A stretch of 64,000 bases of DNA from Bacteroidales bacterium (GTDB lineage: Bacteria; Bacteroidota; Bacteroidia; Bacteroidales; UBA932): assembly GCA_017438975.1 (NCBI GenBank), contig JAFRUH010000019.1, positions 12,656-76,655 of the forward strand, written 5' to 3'. A model generated the notes under the pieces. That model searched no databases. It was not told where the DNA came from and saw only the letters and a program-made list of their open reading frames with translations. The position numbers and the translations under genes were made by a program. Of this stretch, positions 19,383-29,216 are shown piece after piece (within the stretch, counting starts at the first letter, position 1; each line of letters begins with the position of its first letter).

Positions 19383-19958
19383 TTACTTCTGGGGAGCGGG
19401 GGCCGCGGTGGCCTGCTGCTGGGCCTGGAGTTCCTCCTGGAGGGACTGGAGGGTACGGCCTTCCTTGATGCCGAGGGCCTTGCGGGCGGCGGCGGTCAGG
19501 TCGACGGTCGTCGCCGGATCGAAATAGACGGCGGAACCGCTGTCGAAGAGAACGGAGACGTTCTGCTCCTTGGCGAGTTTCTTGAGGGTCTCCTGGACTT
19601 TCTCATAGATCGGGGCCATCAGTTCATTCTGCTTGGCCTGAAGTTCCTGCTGGAAAGTCTGCTGGTTTTCCTGAAGACGCTGCTGGATCTCCATCAGTTC
19701 CTTCTCTTTGGCCTCCTTGATGGCTGGGGTCCAGGAACTCTGCTTCTGCTGATACTGGTTGACTTTGGTCTGATACTCGTCGTACATGCTCTGGAGAGTC
19801 TCGTCAGCCTCTTTGCTGACAACCTGGAGCGTAGCCCGGGCCTCGTCGGCCTCAGGAACGAGCTGGACAAGTTCGGTGAAATTGACATGCCCGATCTTCT
19901 GGGCGGATGCGGCGATGGTCATGAGAGCCATGGCGGCAATTGCGAAAATCTTTTTCAT
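19383..19958 (-). CDS. skp: OmpH/Skp periplasmic chaperone
   Basis: Signal peptide, KIGHVN, long Q/E/K-rich coiled coil; directly after bamA. Confidence 0.92.
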   Translation of the reverse strand: MKKIFAIAAMALMTIAASAQKIGHVNFTELVQLVPEADEARATLQVVSKEADETLQSMYDEYQTKVNQYQQKQSSWTPAIKEAKEKELMEIQQRLQENQQTFQQELQAKQNELMAPIYEKVQETLKKLAKEQNVSVLFDSGSAVYFDPATTVDLTAAARKALGIKEGRTLQSLQEELQAQQQATAAPAPQK

Positions 19959-19987
19959 ATTAGTGGTTACCATTAAATTATTATCGT

Positions 19988-22573
19988 TTAGAACTGTTGA
20001 CCGATCAGGAAGTGGAACTGGCTCTTTCCGTTGGTCGCGTCGTCGAAACCGTAGCCCCAGTCGATACCGAGCAGACCCAGCATCGGGAGGAAGACGCGGA
20101 CGCCGACACCGGCGGAGCGCTTGATCTGGAAAGGATTGAAATTGCGGATATCAGACCAGCAGTTACCTCCTTCCAGGAAGCCCAGGACGAAAATCGTCGA
20201 CTGCGGCTGGAGGATGACCGGATAACGGAGCTCGACCGTAAACTTGTCGTACACGTTACCCGCATAGCTGTACCCGTTGGAGCTGTAGGGAGTCAGTTCC
20301 ATCGGCGTCAGGGAGTAGTTGGCGTAGCCTCGGAGAGCGACGATTTCGGATCCGTAGGTATTGTAGCCCGTCATGCCGTCGCCGCCGACCTGGAAGCCCT
20401 CGAACGGGGAATAGCCCCATTTGCGGTTGTAGTAGCCGAGGTAGCCGAATTGCGCGCGGGTCATCAGGACGAGGTCGCCCACGAGCTTGGTATAGACGGC
20501 TCCGGAGAACTTCCACTTGTGGTACTCGATCCACTTGTAGCGCTGGTCGGAAGACCAGTTGTCGTAATTGACATCCTTCCAGCTCTTGACGTTGATCTTA
20601 TTCCCGCTCTCGTCATAGCTGTACTTGCGCAGCAAGGAGAACGGAGGCGTCAGCTGCAGGGAGAAGGAGAAATCCGACCCCTGCCGGGGATAGATCTGCT
20701 GGTCCGTCGAGTTGCGGTTCAGGGAGAGGGTATAACTGATATTGTGCGAGATACCGTTCTCGAACATGAAGTAGCTGTTCGTCCAGTTGGTCAGCTTATA
20801 GGTCTGCCAACTCAGACTGTTGTAGAGGACGAAGTAGTTGTCCGGCCACTTCAGCCGGTTACCGAGGCCGGCGTTGAAGCCGAATACCTCGAACACGTTC
20901 GAATCGTCGAGCCAGCCGATCGCGATGTACGAATTCGTCATACGCGTATAATAGCCCGAGAGGCTGAGGGAGGTCGGTTTCTTGCCGAAGAGCCAGGGCT
21001 CCATGAAACTGGCCGTGAGGGCCGTGTAATAGGTTCCGTTGGTCTGGAAACGGAGGGCCAGGTTCTGGGCGTCGCCGAGCGGGACCGGCCGCCAGGCGCT
21101 CTTGTCCAGGAACCGGTGCGTCGAGAAGTTGTTGAAACTCACGCCCGCCGTCGCCACGAAGGTATTGCCGCCCCAACCTCCGGAGAGTTCCAGCTGGCTG
21201 GAGGGCTTCTCCGTAACGTTGTAGACCAGGTCGACCGTATTGTTGAGCTGGTTCGGGATGATCGAATACCCCTTGGCCGGGTCCATGATCGCCTCCGGGT
21301 CGAACTGGCCGAGGGACGCGATTTCACGGATGGAACGTTCGAAATCCGTCTGGCGGAACAGGTAACCCGGACGGGTCATGACCTGCCGGCGGACCACCTT
21401 CTCGTTCGTCAGGTCGTTTCCGTTGATGACGATGTTGTTAAGCGTAGCAGGTTTCCCTTCGGAAATCCGCATCTCGACATCGACGGAGTCGTTCTGGATA
21501 TTCATTTCGACCGGCGTGATCTGGAAGAACAGGTATCCGTTGTCGCGGTAGAGCTTCGAAACGTCATAGTCGCTCTGCTTGCCGCCGCCGAAAAGGCGCT
21601 TGTTCATCGTCACGACATCGTAGACGTCTCCCTTTTCAATCTGCAGGATCTTGTTCAGGGTCTCGGTCGGATAGACCGAATTGCCGGTCCACGTAATGTT
21701 CCGGAAATAGTACTTCTTGCCCTCGTCGAACACAAGGTCGATCCCGAGCCGGTTCGGCTCGACGTAATAGATCGAATCCCGGATCAGGCGCGCGTCGCGG
21801 TAACCCGCCTCGTTGAACGCTTCGACCGCCGACTTTTTGTCGTTCACGTACTCCTTCTCGTTGAACTTCTTGCTGCTGAAGAAGTTATAGATCTTGTTCG
21901 ACTTGGTTTTCTTCATCGAACGGGCCAGCTTGAATTCCTTGACGTGCTCATTGCCGATGAAGTTGATATCCTTGATCTTGACCTTCTCACCCTTGTTGAT
22001 GGCGAAATTGACCCGGATAGCGCTTTTGATGATCGTATCCTTGATGACCTGGGGGTCGACTTCGCAAAGGATGAATCCCTTTTCCTTATAGTAGCGCTTG
22101 ATGATATCGACAGAGGTCGTCTTGACATACTCGGAGAACTCACGGCCCGGACGGAGCCCGAGACGCTCCATCAGTTCCTTCTTGTCTCCGTTCTTGACGC
22201 CGGAGATCGTCCAGCGGGACACCCTCGGACGCTCCCGGATGCAGATCTTGAGCCATACGGAATCCTGCGCCGCATTGAGCGAGTCGACGACGATCCCGAC
22301 ATCTTCGAAGAACCGCTGGGCCCAGACACGGTCGACGATCGAAGACATCTCGTCACTCGGGATCGTCACCTCCATCCCTTTCTGCAGGCCAGTCAGGTTG
22401 ACGATCTGCTGGGAACCGAAATAGGTATTCCCTTCCACGTCGACCCCGGCCACGGTATACTTCTTCGGGTTCGTATAATCGATCTCTATCCCGCTCCTTC
22501 CCGTCTGTGCGAATCCCGAAAGGGATACGAGGGAAAGCAGCATCGCAGAGCATATATGTCTCAATCTCATCAT
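19988..22573 (-). CDS. bamA: Outer membrane protein assembly factor BamA
   Basis: POTRA repeats, GGDG..VALRGY, terminal WGYGFD...FHFLIGQQF; start at MMRLRH downstream of the promoter at 22591. Confidence 0.95.
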   Translation of the reverse strand: MMRLRHICSAMLLSLVSLSGFAQTGRSGIEIDYTNPKKYTVAGVDVEGNTYFGSQQIVNLTGLQKGMEVTIPSDEMSSIVDRVWAQRFFEDVGIVVDSLNAAQDSVWLKICIRERPRVSRWTISGVKNGDKKELMERLGLRPGREFSEYVKTTSVDIIKRYYKEKGFILCEVDPQVIKDTIIKSAIRVNFAINKGEKVKIKDINFIGNEHVKEFKLARSMKKTKSNKIYNFFSSKKFNEKEYVNDKKSAVEAFNEAGYRDARLIRDSIYYVEPNRLGIDLVFDEGKKYYFRNITWTGNSVYPTETLNKILQIEKGDVYDVVTMNKRLFGGGKQSDYDVSKLYRDNGYLFFQITPVEMNIQNDSVDVEMRISEGKPATLNNIVINGNDLTNEKVVRRQVMTRPGYLFRQTDFERSIREIASLGQFDPEAIMDPAKGYSIIPNQLNNTVDLVYNVTEKPSSQLELSGGWGGNTFVATAGVSFNNFSTHRFLDKSAWRPVPLGDAQNLALRFQTNGTYYTALTASFMEPWLFGKKPTSLSLSGYYTRMTNSYIAIGWLDDSNVFEVFGFNAGLGNRLKWPDNYFVLYNSLSWQTYKLTNWTNSYFMFENGISHNISYTLSLNRNSTDQQIYPRQGSDFSFSLQLTPPFSLLRKYSYDESGNKINVKSWKDVNYDNWSSDQRYKWIEYHKWKFSGAVYTKLVGDLVLMTRAQFGYLGYYNRKWGYSPFEGFQVGGDGMTGYNTYGSEIVALRGYANYSLTPMELTPYSSNGYSYAGNVYDKFTVELRYPVILQPQSTIFVLGFLEGGNCWSDIRNFNPFQIKRSAGVGVRVFLPMLGLLGIDWGYGFDDATNGKSQFHFLIGQQF

Positions 22574-22590
22574 TTCGTCATTTGAATTTG

Positions 22591-22598
22591 CAAATATA
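22591..22598 (-). promoter_or_regulatory. Internal -7 promoter element upstream of bamA
   Basis: TATATTTG on minus strand in the AT-rich uppS-bamA gap. Confidence 0.6.
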
Positions 22599-22604
22599 AT
22601 AGAA

Positions 22605-23315
22605 TTATTTGACTTTCCCATATCTGCGGTCCCGCTTGGAATAGGCGCGGAGCGCTTTCCGGAACTCTTTCTTGCGGAAATCGGGCCAAAGGACGTCGGA
22701 GAAATAAAATTCAGTATAAGCGGTCTGCCAAAGCAGGTAATTGCTGATGCGCTGCTCCCCCGAAGTCCGGATCAGAAGGTCCGGATCCGGGATGCCGGCC
22801 GTGACGAGATAGGAATCGAAATCGGAGATCCCGACCCGCTCGAGTCCCTCCGGATCGGCGGCGTACCGCTTCGCAAGGGCCTTCGCGGCCTGGAGGATGT
22901 CCCATTTCCCGCTGTAGCTCAGGAAGATGATCAGGGTCATGCGCTCGTTTCCGGCCGTCTCTTCCATCAAAGCGTCGATCGAAGCATTGAGCCTTTCCGA
23001 CAGACGGGAGCGGTTCCCGAGGACGACGAAACGGACTCCGTTGTCCATCAGGGTCCGGACTTCTTTCCGGATCGACACCATCATCAGGTCCATCAGCGCG
23101 CTGACCTCGCTTTCGGGGCGGCTCCAGTTCTCCTCGGAGAATGCGAAAAGCGAGAGGTACCGGACCCCCTCTTCAACGGCCGCCTCCGTGCAGGCACGGA
23201 CGCTCTTGACTCCGTTGAGATGGCCGAAGACCCTCTCTTTTCCCCTTTCTTTCGCCCAGCGGCCGTTGCCGTCCATAATGATCGACACGTGCCTCGGGAC
23301 TGTCGTATTATCCAT
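22605..23315 (-). CDS. uppS: Undecaprenyl diphosphate synthase
   Basis: HVSIIMDGNGRW, FSEENW, DLLIRTSGEQRISNYLLWQ, RDRRYG. Confidence 0.97.
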   Translation of the reverse strand: MDNTTVPRHVSIIMDGNGRWAKERGKERVFGHLNGVKSVRACTEAAVEEGVRYLSLFAFSEENWSRPESEVSALMDLMMVSIRKEVRTLMDNGVRFVVLGNRSRLSERLNASIDALMEETAGNERMTLIIFLSYSGKWDILQAAKALAKRYAADPEGLERVGISDFDSYLVTAGIPDPDLLIRTSGEQRISNYLLWQTAYTEFYFSDVLWPDFRKKEFRKALRAYSKRDRRYGKVK

Positions 23316-23323
23316 TGCGTCAA

Positions 23324-24133
23324 TTATTTAACGTTCCGGACGTCTTCGCCCCAGAACAATTTGCTGGTCAAAGCCTTCACGAAACTCGAGTTCGGAAGCC
23401 GCACTCTTCTAAGCGAAAACTGTGCCATAGATACCGTCAAATGGACCGAAGTATCGACAAGGGCGTTCAGGTTGTCCATCATGACCATGACGTTCCTCTC
23501 GCGGGACGTCACCTCGATTTCGATGGTCGCCGTCTGGGGGATGACAAGCGGTCGCACGTTCAGGTTGTGCGAAGCGATCGGAGCGATGATCAGCACCTTG
23601 GCGTCCGGCATGCAGATCGGGCCGCCGACGCTGAGGCTGTAAGCCGTCGAACCCGCGCTCGTTGCGACGAGCAGTCCGTCCGCCCAATACTCCGGCAGCC
23701 GGTTCCCGTCGACCGTGACCGAAACCCCAAGGATCGAGGATCCGTAGCGATGGACCGCGACCTCATTGACCGGATAGGGATAGATCAGGTCCGGATCGAT
23801 ACCCTTGACCGACAGAAGCGGGAGGTCGTCGATCACGTAATTCCCTGTCAGGAGCGGTTCCGCAACCTCTTCCGGGGCGCTCCCGGAGAGGAAGCCCATG
23901 CGCCCGAAGTTGACGCCGAGAAGCGGAATGCCCCGCTGGCCGATGCGGTTGGACGCCGACAGGAAGGTCCCATCACCGCCGATGCTGAGGACCAGGTCCG
24001 TCCCTTCCTGCAATTCCCGCTGCCGGGAAAAACGGTATACGTCCACTCCCCCTTCGGAGAGCTGCTCTTCGAGCCGGTACAACCTGGGATCATCCTCCCA
24101 GTTGTGGTCCTTGATGAAAACGCCGATATTCAT
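23324..24133 (-). CDS. nadK: NAD(+) kinase
   Basis: GGDGT, GVNFGRMGFL, NE, ADGLLVATSAGSTAYSLSVGGP. Confidence 0.95.
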   Translation of the reverse strand: MNIGVFIKDHNWEDDPRLYRLEEQLSEGGVDVYRFSRQRELQEGTDLVLSIGGDGTFLSASNRIGQRGIPLLGVNFGRMGFLSGSAPEEVAEPLLTGNYVIDDLPLLSVKGIDPDLIYPYPVNEVAVHRYGSSILGVSVTVDGNRLPEYWADGLLVATSAGSTAYSLSVGGPICMPDAKVLIIAPIASHNLNVRPLVIPQTATIEIEVTSRERNVMVMMDNLNALVDTSVHLTVSMAQFSLRRVRLPNSSFVKALTSKLFWGEDVRNVK

Positions 24134-24155
24134 ATTGGATGGGTTTGATGGATTC

Positions 24156-25298
24156 CTATTTCTGGCGGATCCTCTTCAGTCCGCCGCGGAGTTTATGGAC
24201 ATGGGTCCGGAGGACGCCCTTCGGGAAGATCCGGAAAAGTCGCGCGTGCTGGCGGGACATCTCCCCGAACGAGGTCAGCTTTCTCAGAAGAAGTTTCCGT
24301 TCCGTCTTCCCCGGGGTGATGAAATTCACGCCGAAATTGCCCCCGTCGAGGACGACTCGGCAAAGCCGCGCGCCCCGCTTTCCGTATTTCGGGTCATAAA
24401 GCGGTACCTTTTCTGCCGGAACGCCGAGGAAAGAGACCACGAAGGCCGCGCACCCTTTCCATTCTTCCAGGATTCCGAGATCTTCCAGGTCCTTCAGCAG
24501 CGCTCCCCGGTCGATTTCCAAGCCGAAACGGTCCAGATGGACAGCCCAGTCGCAGAACTGGCGGAGGCCGATCCCCTCATAATAGAGGTGCTGGAGACAG
24601 TGCAGAAGGATATATTCCGCATCGAAAAGGGGCGAGGGAGACAGCACTTCGACTCCCGCACATTCCCAGCGCCGGAAGTCCCCTTTTTGGAAAAGATCCG
24701 CCTGCAGCCGGTCCTGGACCGCATTGATCCGCCGGTTCAGGCCTGCATGGAGCGTCCCGTGGAGTTCCACGGTCCATTTACCGAGTTGCATTCCAAGGTG
24801 CAGACTATCCTCTCCCTCGCTTTCGGTTTTAGTCGCTTTCTTAGAGAGGAAGTCCTTGGCTTTCTGATAGTTCTGTTCGTCTAAGAAGAGGTCGATATCG
24901 CCAGCCTGACGGACGGAGGGATTGGCATAGAGATGACCGACGGCCTGGCCTTTGACGACAAGGGCGGTAATTCCCTCTTCGCGGAGTTTTGTCATCAGTT
25001 TCGCCAGGAAGGCGTCCATTTCGGCATTCCGCCGCTCTGTCCGATATGCCTGGACGATCATGGGTTGAAGTGCTTCCTGAAGAAGATTCCATTCTTCGGT
25101 TGCCGTTTTCTGTGGAAGGCTCCCCATGCCTTCGCCGACGAGACCGACGACCGTCTGGGCCTCCGCGAGCTTCGAGATCACCTTCCAGTCAGGCACGAAA
25201 TCCCCGTCGGATGTAACGGGATATGCCAACTCCCCTCCCCACAGCCCGCTCCGGACCAGGGAAAGGAAAAACAGCTCTTGCAAAGAAAACTTTGACAT
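24156..25298 (-). CDS. Uncharacterised nucleotidyltransferase (NTP_transf_5-like)
   Basis: VKGQAV..LY..PSVRQAGDIDLF, VELH, GIGLRQFCDW pattern. Confidence 0.8.
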   Translation of the reverse strand: MSKFSLQELFFLSLVRSGLWGGELAYPVTSDGDFVPDWKVISKLAEAQTVVGLVGEGMGSLPQKTATEEWNLLQEALQPMIVQAYRTERRNAEMDAFLAKLMTKLREEGITALVVKGQAVGHLYANPSVRQAGDIDLFLDEQNYQKAKDFLSKKATKTESEGEDSLHLGMQLGKWTVELHGTLHAGLNRRINAVQDRLQADLFQKGDFRRWECAGVEVLSPSPLFDAEYILLHCLQHLYYEGIGLRQFCDWAVHLDRFGLEIDRGALLKDLEDLGILEEWKGCAAFVVSFLGVPAEKVPLYDPKYGKRGARLCRVVLDGGNFGVNFITPGKTERKLLLRKLTSFGEMSRQHARLFRIFPKGVLRTHVHKLRGGLKRIRQK

Positions 25299-25304
25299 AG
25301 CTTA

Positions 25305-25344
25305 CAAAGATAGCAACGTTTTTCAAGATATTCTTTTATCTTTG
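25305..25344. promoter_or_regulatory. Back-to-back -7 elements (nucleotidyltransferase minus; PepSY-like plus)
   Basis: TATCTTTG on minus strand at 25305-25312 and on plus strand at 25337-25344. Confidence 0.7.
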
Positions 25345-25364
25345 CAAAAATAGCATCATGCACC

Positions 25365-25793
25365 ATGAAACAGTTTAAACTTATCCTCCTCTCCGTGCTG
25401 GCGCTGACACTGGGTTTCTCATCCCGCGCCGACGAACGTCCGATTTCCTATGATCAGCTCCCGCAGGCCGCCAAGGCCTTCCTTGCGCAGCATTTCCCTG
25501 ACCGTACTCCCCTGCTGGTCCAGGCCGACTGGGAAGACTATGAAGTCATCTATGACAACGGGGAGAAAGTTGAATTTACCAAGAAAGGCGACTGGAAGGA
25601 AATCGACTGCCGGATGTCCGCAGTCCCCGATGTTCTCGTCCCCGAACAGATCAAGGCCCAGGTAAATGCCCGTTATCCGGGAGCCGTCATCGTCAAGCTG
25701 AAAAAAGACCGGATCGGCTATGATATCAAGCTCAGCAACGGCCTCGATATCGAATTCAACAAGCGCTTCGTCATCACCGACATCGACGACTGA
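25365..25793 (+). CDS. PepSY-like (BLIP-like) periplasmic protein
   Basis: Signal peptide; LPQAAKAFLAQHF, KVEFTKKGDWKEID, YDIKLSNGLDIEFN two-repeat pattern. Confidence 0.85.
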   Translation: MKQFKLILLSVLALTLGFSSRADERPISYDQLPQAAKAFLAQHFPDRTPLLVQADWEDYEVIYDNGEKVEFTKKGDWKEIDCRMSAVPDVLVPEQIKAQVNARYPGAVIVKLKKDRIGYDIKLSNGLDIEFNKRFVITDIDD

Positions 25794-25889
25794 TTCCTTT
25801 GACAGTCTTCAAACAAAACGGGCCCCGCGATGCGGAGCTCGTTAATTCGTTCCAATCGACAGGTAAAAAATTGAATAAATCTTCAGGAC

Positions 25890-27287
25890 ATGAAAAAGAC
25901 TTTATATCTGATTTGCCTGATCGGCCTTCTCTGCTGCCTTCCGCAGACCGGTTCAGCCGATGTCGTGACCGTCACGGTCAAACCCGGAGAGACAACCGGC
26001 GCGGTCCGTCCGCTCCATGGTGTCAACTCCCCGCCTACCAAGCGGATTGTCAAGTGGTTCAAGGCCGCCGGGATCCCGTTCATGCGCGGCCATGATACGG
26101 AGGAGACGCCGGGGACCTACGGATACCATACCTTTGACGTCGCCGCCATCTTCGGCGATTTTTCCGCCGACGTGAACGATCCCGCCTCCTATGACTTTCA
26201 TTCGACGGACGAACTGATCGGGCGGACGCTCAGCGCCGGGACCAAGGTTTTCTTCCGTCTTGGGGAGACTATCGAACACGGCACGAAAAAATACGATATC
26301 TACCCGCCCAAGGACTATCTGAAATGGGCACAGATCTGCGAACACATCATCCGTCACTACAATGAAGGATGGGCTGAGGGGTTCCGCTATGGGATCGAAT
26401 ACTGGGAAATCTGGAACGAGGCCGATGCAGACAAGAATGGCCGCTGGGAGGAGAATCCCCGGACATGGGGCGGTCCGGAAGAGGAGTTCTACGCGTTCTA
26501 CGCGACGGTCTCCAAACACCTGAAAAAATGTTTCCCCCATCTGAAAATCGGAGGCCCCGCGATGGCCAATCCGACGGATGAGAAGTGGCTCAATGGATTC
26601 CTGTCTACTGCGGCGAAGGCCAAGGCGCCCATCGATTTCTTCTCCTGGCATGCCTACCGCAGCAAACCCGAACTGGTGGTCGAATGCTCGGACATCGTGG
26701 ACAAAGCCCTGAAACGCTATGGTTACGGCGATGCGGAGACCATTCTCTCGGAATGGAACTACGTCATCCAATGGAAGGGGGAAACGTTCTACGAAAGCGC
26801 GCAGGCCCGCTATTCGGGAAAGGGGGCGGCTTATATCGCGTCAACCCTGATCTCCTGTCAGAATTCCACCAGTCTCCAGAAGATGATGTACTATGAATTC
26901 CGTCCGGACTGGAACAAATACTGCCAGGCATTCGATTGGATGACCAACCGTCCGATAGCCGGGTACTATCCTTTTTACATCTGGAACAAACTGTCCCAAT
27001 ACGGGACGACGGTCCGGGTGGAGGAAAACGATCCGGAGATCTATGCGGTCGCCGCAAAGGGTCCCTCCGGAAAACTCCGTATCTTCATCTGCCGCTATAC
27101 CGACGACAGCAATGAAGTGTACAGTTCAGAGGTCAGAATCAAGATCGAGGGGATGTCCGGAGAAGATGCGACGGTCCATCTGACCGATACGCATTATCTG
27201 TACACGGAATGGCCGCCTACCATCGATAACGACGGTGCCGTTCATATCCTGCTGGAACCGCGTTCTTTTGCCCTGATCGAGCTATAG
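25890..27287 (+). CDS. Secreted glycoside hydrolase, GH39-like (clan GH-A)
   Basis: Signal peptide; YWEIWNEAD (acid/base), KIGGPA, DFFSWHAY, LSEWN (nucleophile). Confidence 0.8.
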   Translation: MKKTLYLICLIGLLCCLPQTGSADVVTVTVKPGETTGAVRPLHGVNSPPTKRIVKWFKAAGIPFMRGHDTEETPGTYGYHTFDVAAIFGDFSADVNDPASYDFHSTDELIGRTLSAGTKVFFRLGETIEHGTKKYDIYPPKDYLKWAQICEHIIRHYNEGWAEGFRYGIEYWEIWNEADADKNGRWEENPRTWGGPEEEFYAFYATVSKHLKKCFPHLKIGGPAMANPTDEKWLNGFLSTAAKAKAPIDFFSWHAYRSKPELVVECSDIVDKALKRYGYGDAETILSEWNYVIQWKGETFYESAQARYSGKGAAYIASTLISCQNSTSLQKMMYYEFRPDWNKYCQAFDWMTNRPIAGYYPFYIWNKLSQYGTTVRVEENDPEIYAVAAKGPSGKLRIFICRYTDDSNEVYSSEVRIKIEGMSGEDATVHLTDTHYLYTEWPPTIDNDGAVHILLEPRSFALIEL

Positions 27288-29201
27288 AAGAGAAGGTCCT
27301 CAGGTCATTCTCGTAAAAGACGGTCTGACCGAAAGAGAGCACCGGGGAAGCGGAAGAATCCAAAGGTTCGCGGAGCAGATGCCAGGGAGACAGGTCAGGG
27401 GCATCCGGGTTCGCTACGACATGGATGTCGCAGGCGGGGGTGCTCCCCTGGATGAGAAGGACAGCCTTCCGGCCTGAAGCCGGGTCCACGGCGACCTTTG
27501 CAACCATCACGGCATGTCCATATTTCTTGCCTTCACGGGCATCTTCGTCATAAACGAAAACATCTCCAGGGACGATCTGATTCAAGGGGCGGACGGGCAT
27601 GGACGCGCACATGGACTTTGTACTGCTCCAGCCAAACACTTTCTTGAGATACCGGTCAAACAAGGGACGGCAGGCCCCGAAACGGTATCGGAGTTCCTTG
27701 CCCCTCGTGTCCGCGAACCGGATCTTCCGGAAACGGTTCCGCCCGTAGAGATACTCCGCCTCCAGGCGCATGCAGACATCGGCGCACTGCTCGTTCTTGT
27801 CGATCAGCGGGAAATCCACCACACGATAGCACAGCCTGGCCATCGAGTCGCGGGAAGTCCCGTCATAACCGGTCACGACAGAATCGGGACGGGCGAGCGG
27901 AAGACTCCCCACAAAGCCCGGGAACCCGTCCGGGACGGATGCCGCCGGGATGAACCCATCCGGGCACGGGATCTCCCCTACCCTTCCGTACGGAGCCGGC
28001 GGGACCCGGTGCGGATGCCATGGCATGAACACATACAGCGCGGCTCCCAGGGCGAAGGCGATAGAAACGGCATCGGCCGCTTTCCTGCTCTCCGGAGCGA
28101 ATTCGTCCACAAGCGACATGTACAGGAGCGGCAGGAAAGAATAGTACATATTGAACGGGACCGACTCCATCGTGCCCGAAATGGCGATGCAGCAGGCTAC
28201 GGCGGAAAGAAGCGCGTCTCCCCTCCTACCTATCAGATACATTAAATGAGTGAAGAAGCCCATGACCACAAGACCCGTGACGACACCTCCGCAGATGAAT
28301 AGATTCAGATAGCCGTTATCGATGTCAAGGTTGTACGGCCACTCCCCTTTGAACCATCCTGCCAGGCCACAATTCTGGCCAAACAAACTTAACCCGAACT
28401 TCTGGAAAATGAGTGCCGCTATCGAAAACCTGCTCTCAAAGGTATTCGATCCATATCCGGGTCCATACCCGTATGCCAAAAGGACGGACACGGCAAGGCA
28501 CAAGGTAGGGACGAGTGCCAGCATACAGGATTTCGGCGTTTTCCTCTGAAACAGCAGGAAGAATACCGGCAGAGCCAGCATCAGCAGGGTAAAGGTCCGG
28601 TTCAGGGTGAGTACGGCTGTTAGGGCTGTCGCGGCCAGGCAGACAAGCCCGATCAACCATGGACGTCGGCATTTTGAGAAATAGAATCCGAGGGAAAGTG
28701 ATAGCATCAGAAAAGCAGCCAGGGTATTCGGATTGACCAGCCCGTACGAACCCGCCTTGTATTGCCCAATATGCTTGACGACATTGCCGGCCCAGCCTAC
28801 GGCATAGAAAAACGGACAGGTGATGAGGTTGAACGCCAGGTAGGCAAAGAATATTTTCAGCGCCACTTTGGGTTCCGCACCCCGGGATGCCGCCGCGACC
28901 AGGACGATATGATACAGATTCAGCGTCCCGTAGCCCGCCAGCGTATATGAAAACTTGAGTACTGCCAACAGGCAGAAGCAGGAAATCGTAAATCGCGGAT
29001 CCAAGGAAACAGGGTCAGGACCCTCAGCACGAGTAGCCACAGGCCAATACGGTTCAGGATGAACTGAACCTGCCATACGGCCGGCGGTGTCAGTCCCGAC
29101 GGCTTGATTTTAAGCCCCGCAAAGAGCAGCAGGGCCAGCCCGGCATAGAACAGCCAGAGCGATGCCTGCTGGAATACAGTATTTCGAAAGTCTCTTATCA
29201 A
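27217..29201 (-). pseudogene. Wzy-like polytopic membrane domain fused to DUF4846-like domain, with one frameshift near 29005
   Basis: ORF 28920-29201 gives two TM helices that continue in the frame of ORF 27217-29076 (NPNTL, SRF, LFGQ, DIDNGY); C-terminal part has EQCADVCMRLEAEY and YGHAVMV. May be a sequencing error rather than true decay. Confidence 0.7.
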
Positions 29202-29216
29202 AAAATAATCGCTCGT

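Noticed and set aside
19997-22585. 862-aa plus-strand ORF antisense to bamA (also 970-2529, 4374-5735, 9081-10670, 11784-13361, 17975-19468)
   Set aside because: Mostly antisense shadows of high-GC genes, where codon bias removes stop codons; no recognisable motifs and no promoter support.
25305-25344. Inverted CAAAGATA...TATCTTTG as an invertible (phase-variable) promoter
   Set aside because: The 8-bp repeats are simply two divergent -7 elements; no longer flanking inverted repeats or recombinase.
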